Shown: positions 34,938 to 44,899 of the stretch, in pieces
How positions within the stretch are numbered: the first letter of the stretch is position 1
How the letters are laid out: each line of letters begins with the position of its first letter
Virus record (IMG/VR): IMGVR_UViG_3300046660_000488
Span: 514,293-578,292 of that record
Length of the DNA stretch: 64,000 nt
Strand: one strand, 5' to 3'
Notes under the pieces: generated by a model
Database searches by the model: none
What the model was told of the DNA's origin: nothing
The model's input: only the letters and a program-made list of their open reading frames with translations
Translations under genes and position numbers: made by a program

Positions 34938-35315
34938 GTGTCCGATCTCGATCACAGCGCCGTAATTTTCAAGATCAAGACGACCATCCATTCCCTGTCG
35001 GACGAGGATGGCTTCAACCATTACCGCACGCGGAAAATGGTGTCGGAGAGCTTCAGCTTTTCGGATTTGGAAGGCGACGTGCGCGGCACGGTCCTGATGT
35101 TGATGGACCTACCAGACGAACTTCGGAACAAGGTTGTCGTCGGCGGCGTGGAATCGCTTGATCACCTGCCGCAAAATTTCACTAAGGTCAGGTTGTTCGG
35201 TGCCGTTTTCATGCCGTTGGATGGAATCATCCTGCCTAGTCAGCATGGGGTCGCTCAGTGGTTCGCCACGATCAAGCTCGTGTCTGACGGCGACCCTTTG
35301 GCATTTTTCTCGTAA
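34938..35315 (+). CDS. Hypothetical protein
   Basis: SD GGAG, GTG start. Confidence 0.65.
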   Translation: MSDLDHSAVIFKIKTTIHSLSDEDGFNHYRTRKMVSESFSFSDLEGDVRGTVLMLMDLPDELRNKVVVGGVESLDHLPQNFTKVRLFGAVFMPLDGIILPSQHGVAQWFATIKLVSDGDPLAFFS

Positions 35316-35693
35316 TCAGTCGATTTTTTTCAGCAGGGTGACCTGACGCTTCCGCACGCGGCGAGCGATGGTCTCTTGCAGGCTGACAGACGGCCCCGAT
35401 TGCAGGTCGAATTCCTTGCGCGCGAAATGCTTCAGGTACGGCCGGAAAATCTTGAACTTGTCCTTCAAGAAAATGTTGATCGGGATTTGCCGATTGCTAC
35501 CCCACCACCACTCTTCGCCCGACTTCAGGAAGATGCGGCGAAGGTTCTCATCGGGGATCGAGTCGAGCACGTACATCGACAGCAGTTGGCTGTCGGAATT
35601 CTGCACGATTCCGAGGTAGGGTGTTTCCAGAAGCACGCCGTAGCTGAGGAACGGGTACTTCTCAAGAATAGCGGCGATGCGCGCGTCGTCCAT
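35316..35693 (-). CDS. Conserved jumbo-phage protein (EKYPFLSY...WWWGSNRQIPINIFL)
   Basis: Distinctive motif; TAAATA on the minus strand at 35719-35724. Confidence 0.8.
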   Translation of the reverse strand: MDDARIAAILEKYPFLSYGVLLETPYLGIVQNSDSQLLSMYVLDSIPDENLRRIFLKSGEEWWWGSNRQIPINIFLKDKFKIFRPYLKHFARKEFDLQSGPSVSLQETIARRVRKRQVTLLKKID

Positions 35694-35785
35694 GATTCTG
35701 TACAAGCTATTATGCGAGTATTTAGGTCAGAAAAATCTGCTCATTTTCCACTTCGGCGTAGCAACGCACATGGGTAAATAGTTCC

Positions 35786-36373
35786 ATGCGCGATTATATG
35801 AAATTGATGGAAGATTTCGTCACTGGTGAACAAGAAACCAAGTGGGATTTCTGGGACTTTGCAAGGCATCTTGGCCTCGACGAATTCAAAGAGAAGTTCG
35901 ATGATGCCACCATCAACTGGCATAATCGCAACACTCGTACGCCTATTGACCGGATGGTCAAGAACAAGAAAGCCAAGTTGCTTTCCATGCTTCGTCTGTG
36001 GTTCAAGAAGGACGGGCCGCAGATGTACAGCACCCCTTTCGCCACGATGGACGACTTCAAGCAGGCGGCCAACGCGCCGGTCACCATGTGGCGCGGTGGT
36101 GGCGGTGAGTACAATCCGGACTACCCCGGACACCACTGGGTGAGCTTCACCCTCAGCGAGCGCCGGGTGACGACTTTCTCCGAGTACGACGGCACGCGGG
36201 CGACCCGATCCTACATGCTCCCCAAGCGACGCCAATACTGGGTCGTCGAACTGACGATCCCCCTGAGCGAAATCCTGCTTTACCTGCCCAACGGCGGGGA
36301 CGAGGAAGTTATCGTTTCGGCTGAGACAGCCAAGAAGGCCAAGGTGATCAAGCAGGTGACCGTCGATGCGTGA
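35786..36373 (+). CDS. Putative ADP-ribosyltransferase (R-S-E type), virion-targeted
   Basis: TMWRG, WVSFTL, GDEEVIV; TAAATA at 35775; MRDYMKLME N-terminus. Confidence 0.6.
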   Translation: MRDYMKLMEDFVTGEQETKWDFWDFARHLGLDEFKEKFDDATINWHNRNTRTPIDRMVKNKKAKLLSMLRLWFKKDGPQMYSTPFATMDDFKQAANAPVTMWRGGGGEYNPDYPGHHWVSFTLSERRVTTFSEYDGTRATRSYMLPKRRQYWVVELTIPLSEILLYLPNGGDEEVIVSAETAKKAKVIKQVTVDA

Positions 36374-37076
36374 GTGGATCAACCTGTTCGAGGCCGCGCC
36401 CACCGCAGGCACGATTTACTACCACGGCACGCCGTTGGAAGCAGCGGCCAAGGCCATCATGAAGACCGGCCTGAAGGGTGCGGAGGTGCAAGGTCGTGGA
36501 ATGATGGCGCCGGTGGCCGGGCGCGTCTACATGACGCCCAGCCTCGCCTACGCCATCATCTATGCGATTGGTGGCGCGTACGCGGGGCACGAAGCTCCGG
36601 AAAGCATGATCGCGAAATCTCGCTACGGCTATGTGTTCGTCATCGACGGCAACGATCTGGACACGGTTGAGCCCGATGAAGATTCCATCGGCGAATGGCT
36701 GCACAACAACGGTAAGCGAAGCGACGGCGGCAGTTCGTCGTTCGGAAACCGGCGTTTGGGCTCGATCCAATATGAGCCGAAATTCAAGCACGGCGATCCA
36801 CTCTTCCGGCTATGGCACAACGTCAAGAACGCCATGACGCCGCGTCAGTTCGAGTTGACCATGCAGGCGGAGTACGCGGCTTGGGCACACGGCGGAAAGC
36901 GCGCCTTGAAGGTTCTGAGCGATAACGACAAGGCCCTGCTCGTCGCGCAGGGAACCCACGTCCACCACGCCAGCGGCATCATGCCCTCGCAGTGCTGGAA
37001 GCTCGACAAAAAGCGCACTCAGGATTTGGCTGCGGACGGTTCCAATTTCTTCGAGATCGCCACACGGGTCTCATAA
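36366..37076 (+). CDS. Putative ADP-ribosyltransferase fold (H-Y type), virion-targeted
   Basis: YYHGT, I...GLK, VYMTPSLAYAIIYA, YGYVFVI; MREWINLFE N-terminus. Confidence 0.6.
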   Translation: MREWINLFEAAPTAGTIYYHGTPLEAAAKAIMKTGLKGAEVQGRGMMAPVAGRVYMTPSLAYAIIYAIGGAYAGHEAPESMIAKSRYGYVFVIDGNDLDTVEPDEDSIGEWLHNNGKRSDGGSSSFGNRRLGSIQYEPKFKHGDPLFRLWHNVKNAMTPRQFELTMQAEYAAWAHGGKRALKVLSDNDKALLVAQGTHVHHASGIMPSQCWKLDKKRTQDLAADGSNFFEIATRVS

Positions 37077-37085
37077 ATACTCTTC

Positions 37086-37886
37086 ATGACCGCCACGATC
37101 AATGTCTACAAGCTGCCACAAGTCGTCACATTGACCATGGGCGGAAACACGGGAGCCGCACTGATGAACTATCCTATGGTCCGCACTGACTTCAAAGTCA
37201 CGAAGGGTGTGAAGAACGAAATTCTGTTCTTCATTCGCAACGTGGATCGCAAGGTTGTTCAACTTGACGGCACGCCGCGCGCGGTGATCGTTGACACCCG
37301 CGACAACAAGCTGCTGCTCGAACGTGACCTGACGGTCTACGACGCCCCCAAGGGAATCTGGATGCTGTCGGTCTCGGCCGTGGACGCCGAGTTTTGGCCG
37401 CTGGGCTATCTGAAGTACAGCGTCGTCTTCCACCGTGAATCCGACGACGAAAACATCGCCCTCTACACCGACCGCGCCTACGGTCCGGATAGCTCCATCG
37501 AAGTCATCCAAGGCCCCTACCCGTCGCCGCCAGAGGCCCAGACGGTGCTGCTGGCCGACATGACTGAGCCGCAACTGAACACCATGATCAGCGGCTCGTA
37601 TCTGGGCGGCGCCAGCATCGGCAACGTGCTCGGCTATCACACCTTCCAATGGTCGGTCACCAATTTCATCGGGAAGCTGATCGTGCAGGGATCGCTGGAA
37701 CAGCAGCCCGCCGAGCAGGACTCCAACTGGTTCGACGTCAGCACGACGGAATTCGAGGTTGAAGCCCCCGGCAACGGCTCCATCTTCGTGGACAAGACCG
37801 GCCACTATCTGTGGCTGCGGTTCAAGGTCGTCTACGACGTGATGAACACCGGGACGTTCGAGAAGGTCGTCTTCCGTCCGATCTAA
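37086..37886 (+). CDS. Virion structural protein (beta-rich)
   Basis: TAAATA at 37074; beta-strand-rich sequence. Confidence 0.65.
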   Translation: MTATINVYKLPQVVTLTMGGNTGAALMNYPMVRTDFKVTKGVKNEILFFIRNVDRKVVQLDGTPRAVIVDTRDNKLLLERDLTVYDAPKGIWMLSVSAVDAEFWPLGYLKYSVVFHRESDDENIALYTDRAYGPDSSIEVIQGPYPSPPEAQTVLLADMTEPQLNTMISGSYLGGASIGNVLGYHTFQWSVTNFIGKLIVQGSLEQQPAEQDSNWFDVSTTEFEVEAPGNGSIFVDKTGHYLWLRFKVVYDVMNTGTFEKVVFRPI

Positions 37887-37922
37887 ATGGTCAGGAATTT
37901 CCCGACCTGATAAACATGAACG

Positions 37923-38243
37923 ATGAGCTATTGGGGTCCGTTAAAAGTCAGCAACGTTTCGGTCCGCGAGTTGCCGGATGGTCGTGTCCAGTTATTCGTC
38001 CGTGACCACACGTGGTCGCAGCTTTCTTACTGTGACAGTGGCCGATATGATGCGACGAACTGGAACGCCATGCGTACTGACACAGAAATGGGCCAGTGGT
38101 GTTCAAAGAACTTGACCCTTGCGGTGTATGTCGGTGGAGTATTCGATGTGTGCGGTAATGGAAACACTCTGACGTTCTTCAATATGGAAGACGCTGAAAA
38201 GTTTATGGAGAAATGGACTAAGCACAATCACGACGAATACTAA
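37923..38243 (+). CDS. Hypothetical protein
   Basis: 106-aa ORF with lower GC. Confidence 0.6.
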   Translation: MSYWGPLKVSNVSVRELPDGRVQLFVRDHTWSQLSYCDSGRYDATNWNAMRTDTEMGQWCSKNLTLAVYVGGVFDVCGNGNTLTFFNMEDAEKFMEKWTKHNHDEY

Positions 38244-38274
38244 ACGTCGGTGTTTATTTCGTCGTAAATATTTG

Positions 38275-39033
38275 ATGCGTATCCATATTCTCTCTGATCT
38301 CCATTTCGAAAAACACAAGATGGACCCAGACTACGTCCCGCCTGAGTGCGACGTGGTCGTGCTGGCTGGCGACATTTCGCCGGGCCTGCCGGGCATCGAG
38401 TGGGCCAAGGCCACCTTTAGCGTCCCTGTGATCTACGTCATGGGCAATCACGAGTACTGGCATCAGCGCGGCTTCTACAAGATCGTGGACAAGCTGAAGG
38501 CTGCGACCGCAGGGTCCAACGTCCACCTGCTCCAGAACGAGGCGGTGGTCATTGACGGTGTGCGTTTCATCGGCGCCACCTTGTGGGCGGATTTCAACCT
38601 GACCGGCCTTGGACCCTACAGCAAGGTCGTCTGCCATCGCGCGCTGGCGGACTATGACGCAGCGATCCACCTCGACGACGGAACGTTCCTTGGAACCGAC
38701 GAGGCCATGGACGAGCATTTCATGTCGAGGGATTACATCCACACCCAGTTGCGTGAGCAATTTGACGGCAAGACCGTGGTCGTCACCCACTACGGCTGTT
38801 CGCCGAAATCGGTTCATCCGCGCTGGGTGTCTAACCTCGCAACGCCGGGTTACGTCTCCGACCTCGACTACATGATGCACGAGTGTGGGCCGGTCCTATG
38901 GATTCATGGCCACGTCCACGACGCCTTCGACTATCAGGTCGCCGAGACGCGCGTGGTCACCAACCCGCGCGGCTATCCGGCCGAGCGCGAGGCTGGGAAC
39001 GGTTTCATCCGTGAGTTGGTGGTGACGATCTAG
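38275..39033 (+). CDS. Calcineurin-like metallophosphoesterase
   Basis: SDLH, AGDI, GNHE, THY, HGHVH motifs. Confidence 0.92.
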   Translation: MRIHILSDLHFEKHKMDPDYVPPECDVVVLAGDISPGLPGIEWAKATFSVPVIYVMGNHEYWHQRGFYKIVDKLKAATAGSNVHLLQNEAVVIDGVRFIGATLWADFNLTGLGPYSKVVCHRALADYDAAIHLDDGTFLGTDEAMDEHFMSRDYIHTQLREQFDGKTVVVTHYGCSPKSVHPRWVSNLATPGYVSDLDYMMHECGPVLWIHGHVHDAFDYQVAETRVVTNPRGYPAEREAGNGFIRELVVTI

Positions 39034-39632
39034 CTCGTCAGGCCTTCAAGGGATTCGAGGTCGGCGAGGATAGCGTCGATCTCGGCCCGGTCTCTCGCCA
39101 ATTCCTCTGGTGATTTCTGGCGCTTGGGGCGGTCATCCATCCAAGGCGTCGGTGGCATACCATGGACCGGCGGCTTGGGGATCGTGCGTTTCAGATCGAA
39201 CGAGGTGAAGACCTTTCGACCGCGCACGACCTTCACCTGCATCTGGTAGCCAAGGCCATCGAATTTGGCGCCCAGCTTCAGGGCCATGCGGTTGTAAAGC
39301 TCATCGCGCCCAGTGTCGTGGAAGCCGACGAAGCCGATCTGTCCGGGGAACTGGTTCTTGATGAAATGAGCCAGACAGTTGATGGCGTAGCCGAACACCT
39401 TCGTTGCCGAAGCGCCCTGCCCGCCGATGTTGTCGTGACGGCCGACCTTGTCGGGGTTTTCGAGATTGGGGACGTCGGCCGTGAAGGCAAACTCGTAGTA
39501 ATCTCCGCCGCCACCGTCGCGTTGGAACGTGGCGGTATAGGGCACGCCGTTGACCGCGAAGGTCGCCTTTGTCGGGCTATGCCACTGGACGCCTTGGCTG
39601 TCGAAGGCTTCGGTGATCTCTTTGTAACGCAT
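39030..39632 (-). CDS. Putative virion-associated protein
   Basis: TAAATA (minus) at 39638-39643; MRYKEITEA N-terminus. Confidence 0.75.
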   Translation of the reverse strand: MRYKEITEAFDSQGVQWHSPTKATFAVNGVPYTATFQRDGGGGDYYEFAFTADVPNLENPDKVGRHDNIGGQGASATKVFGYAINCLAHFIKNQFPGQIGFVGFHDTGRDELYNRMALKLGAKFDGLGYQMQVKVVRGRKVFTSFDLKRTIPKPPVHGMPPTPWMDDRPKRQKSPEELARDRAEIDAILADLESLEGLTS

Positions 39633-39636
39633 GCCC

Positions 39637-39852
39637 TTATTTAGGGTTGGCGTCCGCAATAATCCGGCGCTCGACTTCAGCCTTGGCTCGCGCCAGACCT
39701 TCGTCATCGCGAAAGCCGATGATCCCGCAGCGAGTGCTGTGGGTCACGCCGACCTTGTAGACCTCGTAGGTCCCTTTCTTCTTGCCGTAGGGGACGCGGA
39801 GCACCCAGTAGTCGCCTTTCTCGAAAGCGATGTCTTTTTCTTGGTAGCTCAA
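39637..39852 (-). CDS. Hypothetical protein
   Basis: Coupled ORF, TTG start. Confidence 0.65.
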   Translation of the reverse strand: MSYQEKDIAFEKGDYWVLRVPYGKKKGTYEVYKVGVTHSTRCGIIGFRDDEGLARAKAEVERRIIADANPK

Positions 39853-40190
39853 GCGGCCCTCCGTGCGGTCAGGATCGTGTGGTTCCGATTGAAATTGGGG
39901 TGTAGCGGCTCACCGACCGGGTAGATGCCGGTGGTGTGCCAGACACCATCGTGCTCGAACACCGGCGCCAAGGCGGTTTCGTCATGGACGAAGTACGAGC
40001 GTTTTCGCTTGGTCGAGCCGTCCGGCATGTCGATCAGGAACGTCGTGGCTTTCTTCCCAGCCGTCGCCGACGTCCCACCCTTGCGGCCGTAGCCTGCGGA
40101 GACGCGACGAAGGCTAGGCCGAAGCACGTTCAGACGCTCCATGGCGTCTTGCACCTTCGCTCGTGCGATGACGCGCTCGTCTTCGGTCAT
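39849..40190 (-). CDS. Hypothetical protein
   Basis: MTEDERV start, coupled. Confidence 0.7.
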   Translation of the reverse strand: MTEDERVIARAKVQDAMERLNVLRPSLRRVSAGYGRKGGTSATAGKKATTFLIDMPDGSTKRKRSYFVHDETALAPVFEHDGVWHTTGIYPVGEPLHPNFNRNHTILTARRAA

Positions 40191-40528
40191 CCGAGCACGC
40201 TGATGTCCCAGCGCATCTTCCGGCCCTCGGTGGTGTACGGCGTCTTGAACGGCACACCAAGGCTGGCGCGGGTGACTTGCTGCTCCGGCGGCAGAGCGAT
40301 GGTCTCCGAACCGTAGGGCTCGATGGTCCACCCGGCGGCCTTCAGCGCGTTGATCAGTTGATCGCGGACGGCGTTGAGGTCGTCGCCCCACACTTGGATG
40401 CCGTGGCGGTTCACTTCATAGCGCGCGTGCAGCGGGTCGCGCTCGATCTCGATGGTCTCGCCATTCTGATCGCGCAGCATGGTCCACAGGGCGCGGCGAA
40501 GCTTGGCTTTCTGGTTGGAGCTTGCCAT
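40187..40528 (-). CDS. Hypothetical protein
   Basis: SD GGAGG, coupled. Confidence 0.7.
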   Translation of the reverse strand: MASSNQKAKLRRALWTMLRDQNGETIEIERDPLHARYEVNRHGIQVWGDDLNAVRDQLINALKAAGWTIEPYGSETIALPPEQQVTRASLGVPFKTPYTTEGRKMRWDISVLG

Positions 40529-40530
40529 GA

Positions 40531-40692
40531 TCAGTTGACCTCCATCCAGTTGCGCTCGTCCGAGCCACGACCGGAGAGCAGAATCTTCGAACCATCGGTG
40601 AAGATGATCTCGACCCAGCTAGAGCCGGTCTCGACGCTTTCGACGGTCTTGCCGACAATTTCTTGGCAGGTTTCGCTGTCTTGGCTGTCCAT
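40531..40692 (-). CDS. Small hypothetical protein (53 aa)
   Basis: Read manually, MDSQDSETCQEIVGKTV...; SD GGAGG. Confidence 0.7.
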   Translation of the reverse strand: MDSQDSETCQEIVGKTVESVETGSSWVEIIFTDGSKILLSGRGSDERNWMEVN

Positions 40693-40762
40693 GTCGGCCT
40701 CCGTACTTCGAAAGAGGTGATCCTTCTATAGTATTGGAAGCACAGTGTCAAGCACAGTTATG

Positions 40763-40933
40763 CTATGTCTTGGGACGCCGCTGAAGCTGCAAAGCGAGGG
40801 CCGCGCTTTGGTCGTGCCAGTCGTCTTGGGCCTTGCGGCGCTGGCGGTCACCCGATTCCTTGACGATCATGACCAGAAGATCACGAAGCTCTTCATCGGT
40901 CAGGACGCTGATTTGCTCGGCAGTGATCGGCAT
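40763..40933 (-). CDS. Small hypothetical protein
   Basis: SD GGAGG; MPITAEQ start. Confidence 0.65.
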   Translation of the reverse strand: MPITAEQISVLTDEELRDLLVMIVKESGDRQRRKAQDDWHDQSAALALQLQRRPKT

Positions 40934-40983
40934 AGGAACCTCCCTGAAAGTTGAAAGGGGCCAGATCGCTCTGACCCCTTCCG

Positions 40984-41517
40984 TTACCACTTGATCGCGA
41001 AGTCCTTCCGCCGGACCTTGGCCATCCGACCATCGGGGTGGTGGAACACCAGCCCTTCATGGTCGTGAGCCATCAGCCACGCGACGAGCGCATCATGGGT
41101 GCGCTCGACCTCGACGATCACCGACCCATGCTTCCACAGTTCGTGGTGGGCCAGCTTGTACGGGTTGCTCTGGACCTTCGGGCCAACAAGCTCGTAGGTT
41201 CCATCGCTCAGCCCGTCCTTGAACGCTTCGGCGTGCCAACGGCTCGCCGGATCGTCCATGTCAACCGGAACCCAGTGCGGCCAGTGACCAGTCACCGGGT
41301 CAGCAGCGGGTTCGCAGGGGATCGCCCCGGCCGGAGGGGATTTGCCGTGCTTGGCGTCGAAACGCTTGAACAGCTTCCCGTCACGGATCATGCACGACGT
41401 TCCATCGTGCTTGATAGTGGCGACACCTTCACCGTCCATGACCCACTGAACTTGAACCTCGTCGGTTGCCCTACGGGTAGCCCGGTCAATCACGAACACA
41501 GTCTTCATCTTTTGCAT
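40984..41517 (-). CDS. ATP-dependent RNA ligase-like nucleotidyltransferase (DUF5565/RLIG1-like)
   Basis: Motif I KHDGT, III YELVG, IV EGLVF, V MAK; HWPHWVP segment. Confidence 0.75.
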   Translation of the reverse strand: MQKMKTVFVIDRATRRATDEVQVQWVMDGEGVATIKHDGTSCMIRDGKLFKRFDAKHGKSPPAGAIPCEPAADPVTGHWPHWVPVDMDDPASRWHAEAFKDGLSDGTYELVGPKVQSNPYKLAHHELWKHGSVIVEVERTHDALVAWLMAHDHEGLVFHHPDGRMAKVRRKDFAIKW

Positions 41518-41764
41518 GGTTCTCGAAAACTCCTCTGTCTGGGGTTTTCGAATCCTACCCGCAGAGGTGCTTCGAGAAGAAGCAAAGCCAATAGAGCACA
41601 TCACATGCTTCAAGTCAACAGCACAGATTCACATTCTATACTTTTGCCCTGAACGCCCGTCGATAAGCGACCGGTTACCTCGCGCCACATAATTTTGACG
41701 GCGAATTTTCCGGCTCCTATGGTGGGTTTCTGATTGGTAAACGAGTATCGCCGGAACCCCGACC

Positions 41765-42886
41765 TTGAGCAACATGCTGAACACCATCCTGCACGACGAT
41801 TTCGTGTGGACGGCGATCACCGGCGCTCTCTCCGGTCGGAGGGGTGTGTCCAACACGAACTTCCTGAATTTCAACTGCCCGATGTGCCCGCGCCGTGGGA
41901 AGACGCCGGACAAGGATCGGAAGTGCGGTGCCAAAAAGGACGCCCAAGGCATCGGCATCAACTGCTTCCGCTGCGGCTTCCGCACGCGCTATCAGGTCGG
42001 CGACATGGTGTCCGCCAACCTGAAGGGCTTCCTCGGCGCGCTGGGCGTTCCAGAGCGCGAGGTCATGAAGATCGGCCACAAGGCTTTCCAGTATCACAAG
42101 ATGCTGGCCAGCAATCCGGCCGCAGCCGCGCACGTGCCGTCGCTCGCAGTTCCGACTTTCCCGACCGTGTCTCTGCCGAGCGGGGCCAAGAGCTTCAGCC
42201 AACTGGCCAACGAGGGCTGCACGGACCCGGATTTCATGGCGGTGGTCGGCTATGCGGCCAGCCGGGGCATGGCCGTGTTCAACGGGGCCGAATATTACTG
42301 GACGCCGTCCAAGCTCGACGACATGAACCGTCGCATGATCCTGCCCTTCATCTACAAGGGCAAGATCGTCGGCTACACCGGACGCCTGATCGACGAGGCC
42401 ACCAAGACCAAGCCGCGCTACACCGGCAACGTCCCCTCGCATTTCCTGTTCAACAACCAGTTCCTTGAGGGGAGCCATCGGGTCTACGCCTTCATCTTCG
42501 AAGGCGTGCTCGACGCTGTCGCCGTGGACGGGGTCTCGACCTTGGGCTCGAAGCTGAGCAACGAGCAGGCCCACTGGTTGACGACGTCGGGCAAGATCAA
42601 CATCGTGGTCGCCGACCCGGACGTCGCCGGTCAGCGGATGATCGACCACGCCCTGACCCACAAGTGGCATGTGTCGTTCCCCAAGCTGCGCGAAGGGTCT
42701 GGTTTCGACAACTGGTGGGAGCGTGACGTCAAGGACGCGGCCGAAGCCACCAAGCGCTATGGCAAGCTCTACGTGACCCGCTCGATCATCGAAACGGCGA
42801 CCAACAACCCGCTCGAAATCCGGATGAAACGCAAGCTCATGTACTTCGAAAAACCCAAGGAGGAAGCTCCCAGAGTCAGCCAGTAA
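41765..42886 (+). CDS. DNA primase (Zn finger + TOPRIM)
   Basis: CPMC..CFRC zinc ribbon, GYTGR, EGVLDA, D.D.AG. Confidence 0.9.
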   Translation: MSNMLNTILHDDFVWTAITGALSGRRGVSNTNFLNFNCPMCPRRGKTPDKDRKCGAKKDAQGIGINCFRCGFRTRYQVGDMVSANLKGFLGALGVPEREVMKIGHKAFQYHKMLASNPAAAAHVPSLAVPTFPTVSLPSGAKSFSQLANEGCTDPDFMAVVGYAASRGMAVFNGAEYYWTPSKLDDMNRRMILPFIYKGKIVGYTGRLIDEATKTKPRYTGNVPSHFLFNNQFLEGSHRVYAFIFEGVLDAVAVDGVSTLGSKLSNEQAHWLTTSGKINIVVADPDVAGQRMIDHALTHKWHVSFPKLREGSGFDNWWERDVKDAAEATKRYGKLYVTRSIIETATNNPLEIRMKRKLMYFEKPKEEAPRVSQ

Positions 42887-42974
42887 TATATTGAGTTCAC
42901 AATTTTGGGCTCGGTATAACTAGGACTCCCTACTGAAAAACTCACCGTCACGGCAAGCAATTTGGCCCCGTGCG

Positions 42975-44588
42975 ATGAAGCTGGAATTTGCCAGCCCGGT
43001 ATTATTGAAAGCCATTTCTTTAATGTATACTCAAGCCAAAGCTGCCTCTTCGAACGAAGAGTTCAATTACGATGTGCAACTGCTCCTGCTTCGGACGATG
43101 ATGTCCGATTCGGATGTGTATGCTCGCAGCCAGAACATCATCAACCCTGATTTCTTCGACGACGTGCTGCGACCGGCGGCCCGTTTCATCAAGGAATACA
43201 CTGACAAGTACGCCAAGGTCCCGTCGCCGGAGATCGTCTACGCGAACACGAGAACGGACGTCCAACTGTTCCCTCACGCCAAGCAACACAGCGACTGGTA
43301 TCTCCAGACCATCGAGAAATTCTGCCAATACCGGGCGCTTGAACTAGCGGTTCTGAACGGCCTCGAACTGATCCAGAACGGCGAAGGCGCCAAGCTGGAG
43401 GCCATGGTCAAGGAAGCCATGACCATCAGCCTGATGACGGATTTGGGCACGTCCTACTTCCTCGATCCGGCCATGCGTCTTGAGCGCCTGAACGAGAACT
43501 CCAATTTCATGAAGACGGGGTGGGACATCCTCGACAAGAAACTTGGCGGCGGTCTGGCCGTTCAGGGTCTGCACATCTTCGCCGGTGGCTCGGGTTCTGG
43601 CAAGTCGCTCTTCCTGCAAAACCTCGCCCTGACGTGGGCGTTGGACGGCAAGAACGTCGTCTACATCACTCTCGAACTGTCTGAAGATTTCGCGGCCGTG
43701 CGTCTCGACTCCATGCTCACCGGGCTGGGAACGAAGGCGGTGCGGACGAACATCAGCGACGCGGCGCTGAAGATCGTCATGACCGGGAAGAAGCAGAAGG
43801 CGGGCGACCTCCGGATCAAGAAATTCCCCGAGGGCGGCACGAACTGCAACACGATCCGGGCCTTCCTGAAGGAATACGAGATCAAGGAAGGGTTCAAGCC
43901 GGACGTAATCCTGATCGACTATCTGGACCTGCTCCACCCGAACAACGCCAAGATCAACCCGTCCGACGCCTTCGTGAAGGACAAGTACGTCTCGGAAGAA
44001 ATGCGCTCCATCGCGTTCGACTGGAATTGCCCGGTCGTCACGGCGTCGCAGTTGAACCGCCAGTCGGTGGATGCTCCCGAGTACGATCACAGCCACATCG
44101 CTGGCGGTATCTCGAAGATCAACACCGCCGACAACCTGTTCGGCATCATCACCTCGAAGACCATGAAGGAGCGCGGCGAGTTCCGTCTGCAATTCCTGAA
44201 GTGCCGTTCGGCGCCGTGCGTGGGTCAGACCATCACGCTGGCCTTCGACCAACTGTCCATGCGGATCAGCAACTGGACGCAAGGGCCGATGGATGATGAC
44301 GACGACTTCCTGCCTGCCGAGCAAGCGGCTGAGCACGACCGTCGTCTGACGGGTCTGCGCGAAAGCCTGCGGCATGGGTCATCGGTCGGCGAAAGCCCGG
44401 TCATCGAAAGCCGGACGGTCGCGCCCGGCCAGCGGATCAGCGAGGCGGCCCACCCGGCACAGACGCCTCGCGTCCAAATCGAACAGGAAGTTGCATCCCG
44501 CATTCCTGAACCCGCCCTCGCGGCGGCCAACCCCGTCCGTGCGAACATCATGGACCTGATCAACAAGACTAGGAACGGCAACCAATGA
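42975..44588 (+). CDS. Replicative DnaB-like helicase (gp41-like)
   Basis: GGSGSGKS Walker A, YITLELSE, LIDYLD, TASQLNR, QFLKCR. Confidence 0.93.
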   Translation: MKLEFASPVLLKAISLMYTQAKAASSNEEFNYDVQLLLLRTMMSDSDVYARSQNIINPDFFDDVLRPAARFIKEYTDKYAKVPSPEIVYANTRTDVQLFPHAKQHSDWYLQTIEKFCQYRALELAVLNGLELIQNGEGAKLEAMVKEAMTISLMTDLGTSYFLDPAMRLERLNENSNFMKTGWDILDKKLGGGLAVQGLHIFAGGSGSGKSLFLQNLALTWALDGKNVVYITLELSEDFAAVRLDSMLTGLGTKAVRTNISDAALKIVMTGKKQKAGDLRIKKFPEGGTNCNTIRAFLKEYEIKEGFKPDVILIDYLDLLHPNNAKINPSDAFVKDKYVSEEMRSIAFDWNCPVVTASQLNRQSVDAPEYDHSHIAGGISKINTADNLFGIITSKTMKERGEFRLQFLKCRSAPCVGQTITLAFDQLSMRISNWTQGPMDDDDDFLPAEQAAEHDRRLTGLRESLRHGSSVGESPVIESRTVAPGQRISEAAHPAQTPRVQIEQEVASRIPEPALAAANPVRANIMDLINKTRNGNQ

Positions 44589-44866
44589 TTCCGGCCGCTG
44601 AACTCTTCTCCCGCATGCTCATGGATGCGGCGATGTTGCAAGCAGAAGTCATCGAATTCGAGCCTGAAATGGGCGTGGACAACGACACATTGTTCCACGA
44701 CCTTCAGATGGAGAGGGACGGCGTGTTCCTCTCCATGATCCACTACGTCAACACCCACGGTCAAGAGATCGTGGACGCGATCCGCGAAGAACGGTCTTCG
44801 CGCTTTGCCAAGACGCAAAACGTGCAAGATCACCCGTTTTTCAAAGCGATCAACGGCATCACCTGA
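44585..44866 (+). CDS. Hypothetical protein
   Basis: Coupled ORF. Confidence 0.7.
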   Translation: MIPAAELFSRMLMDAAMLQAEVIEFEPEMGVDNDTLFHDLQMERDGVFLSMIHYVNTHGQEIVDAIREERSSRFAKTQNVQDHPFFKAINGIT

Positions 44867-44899
44867 AACTCTTGCTGATGTCTGTTGCTAAATAACGTG

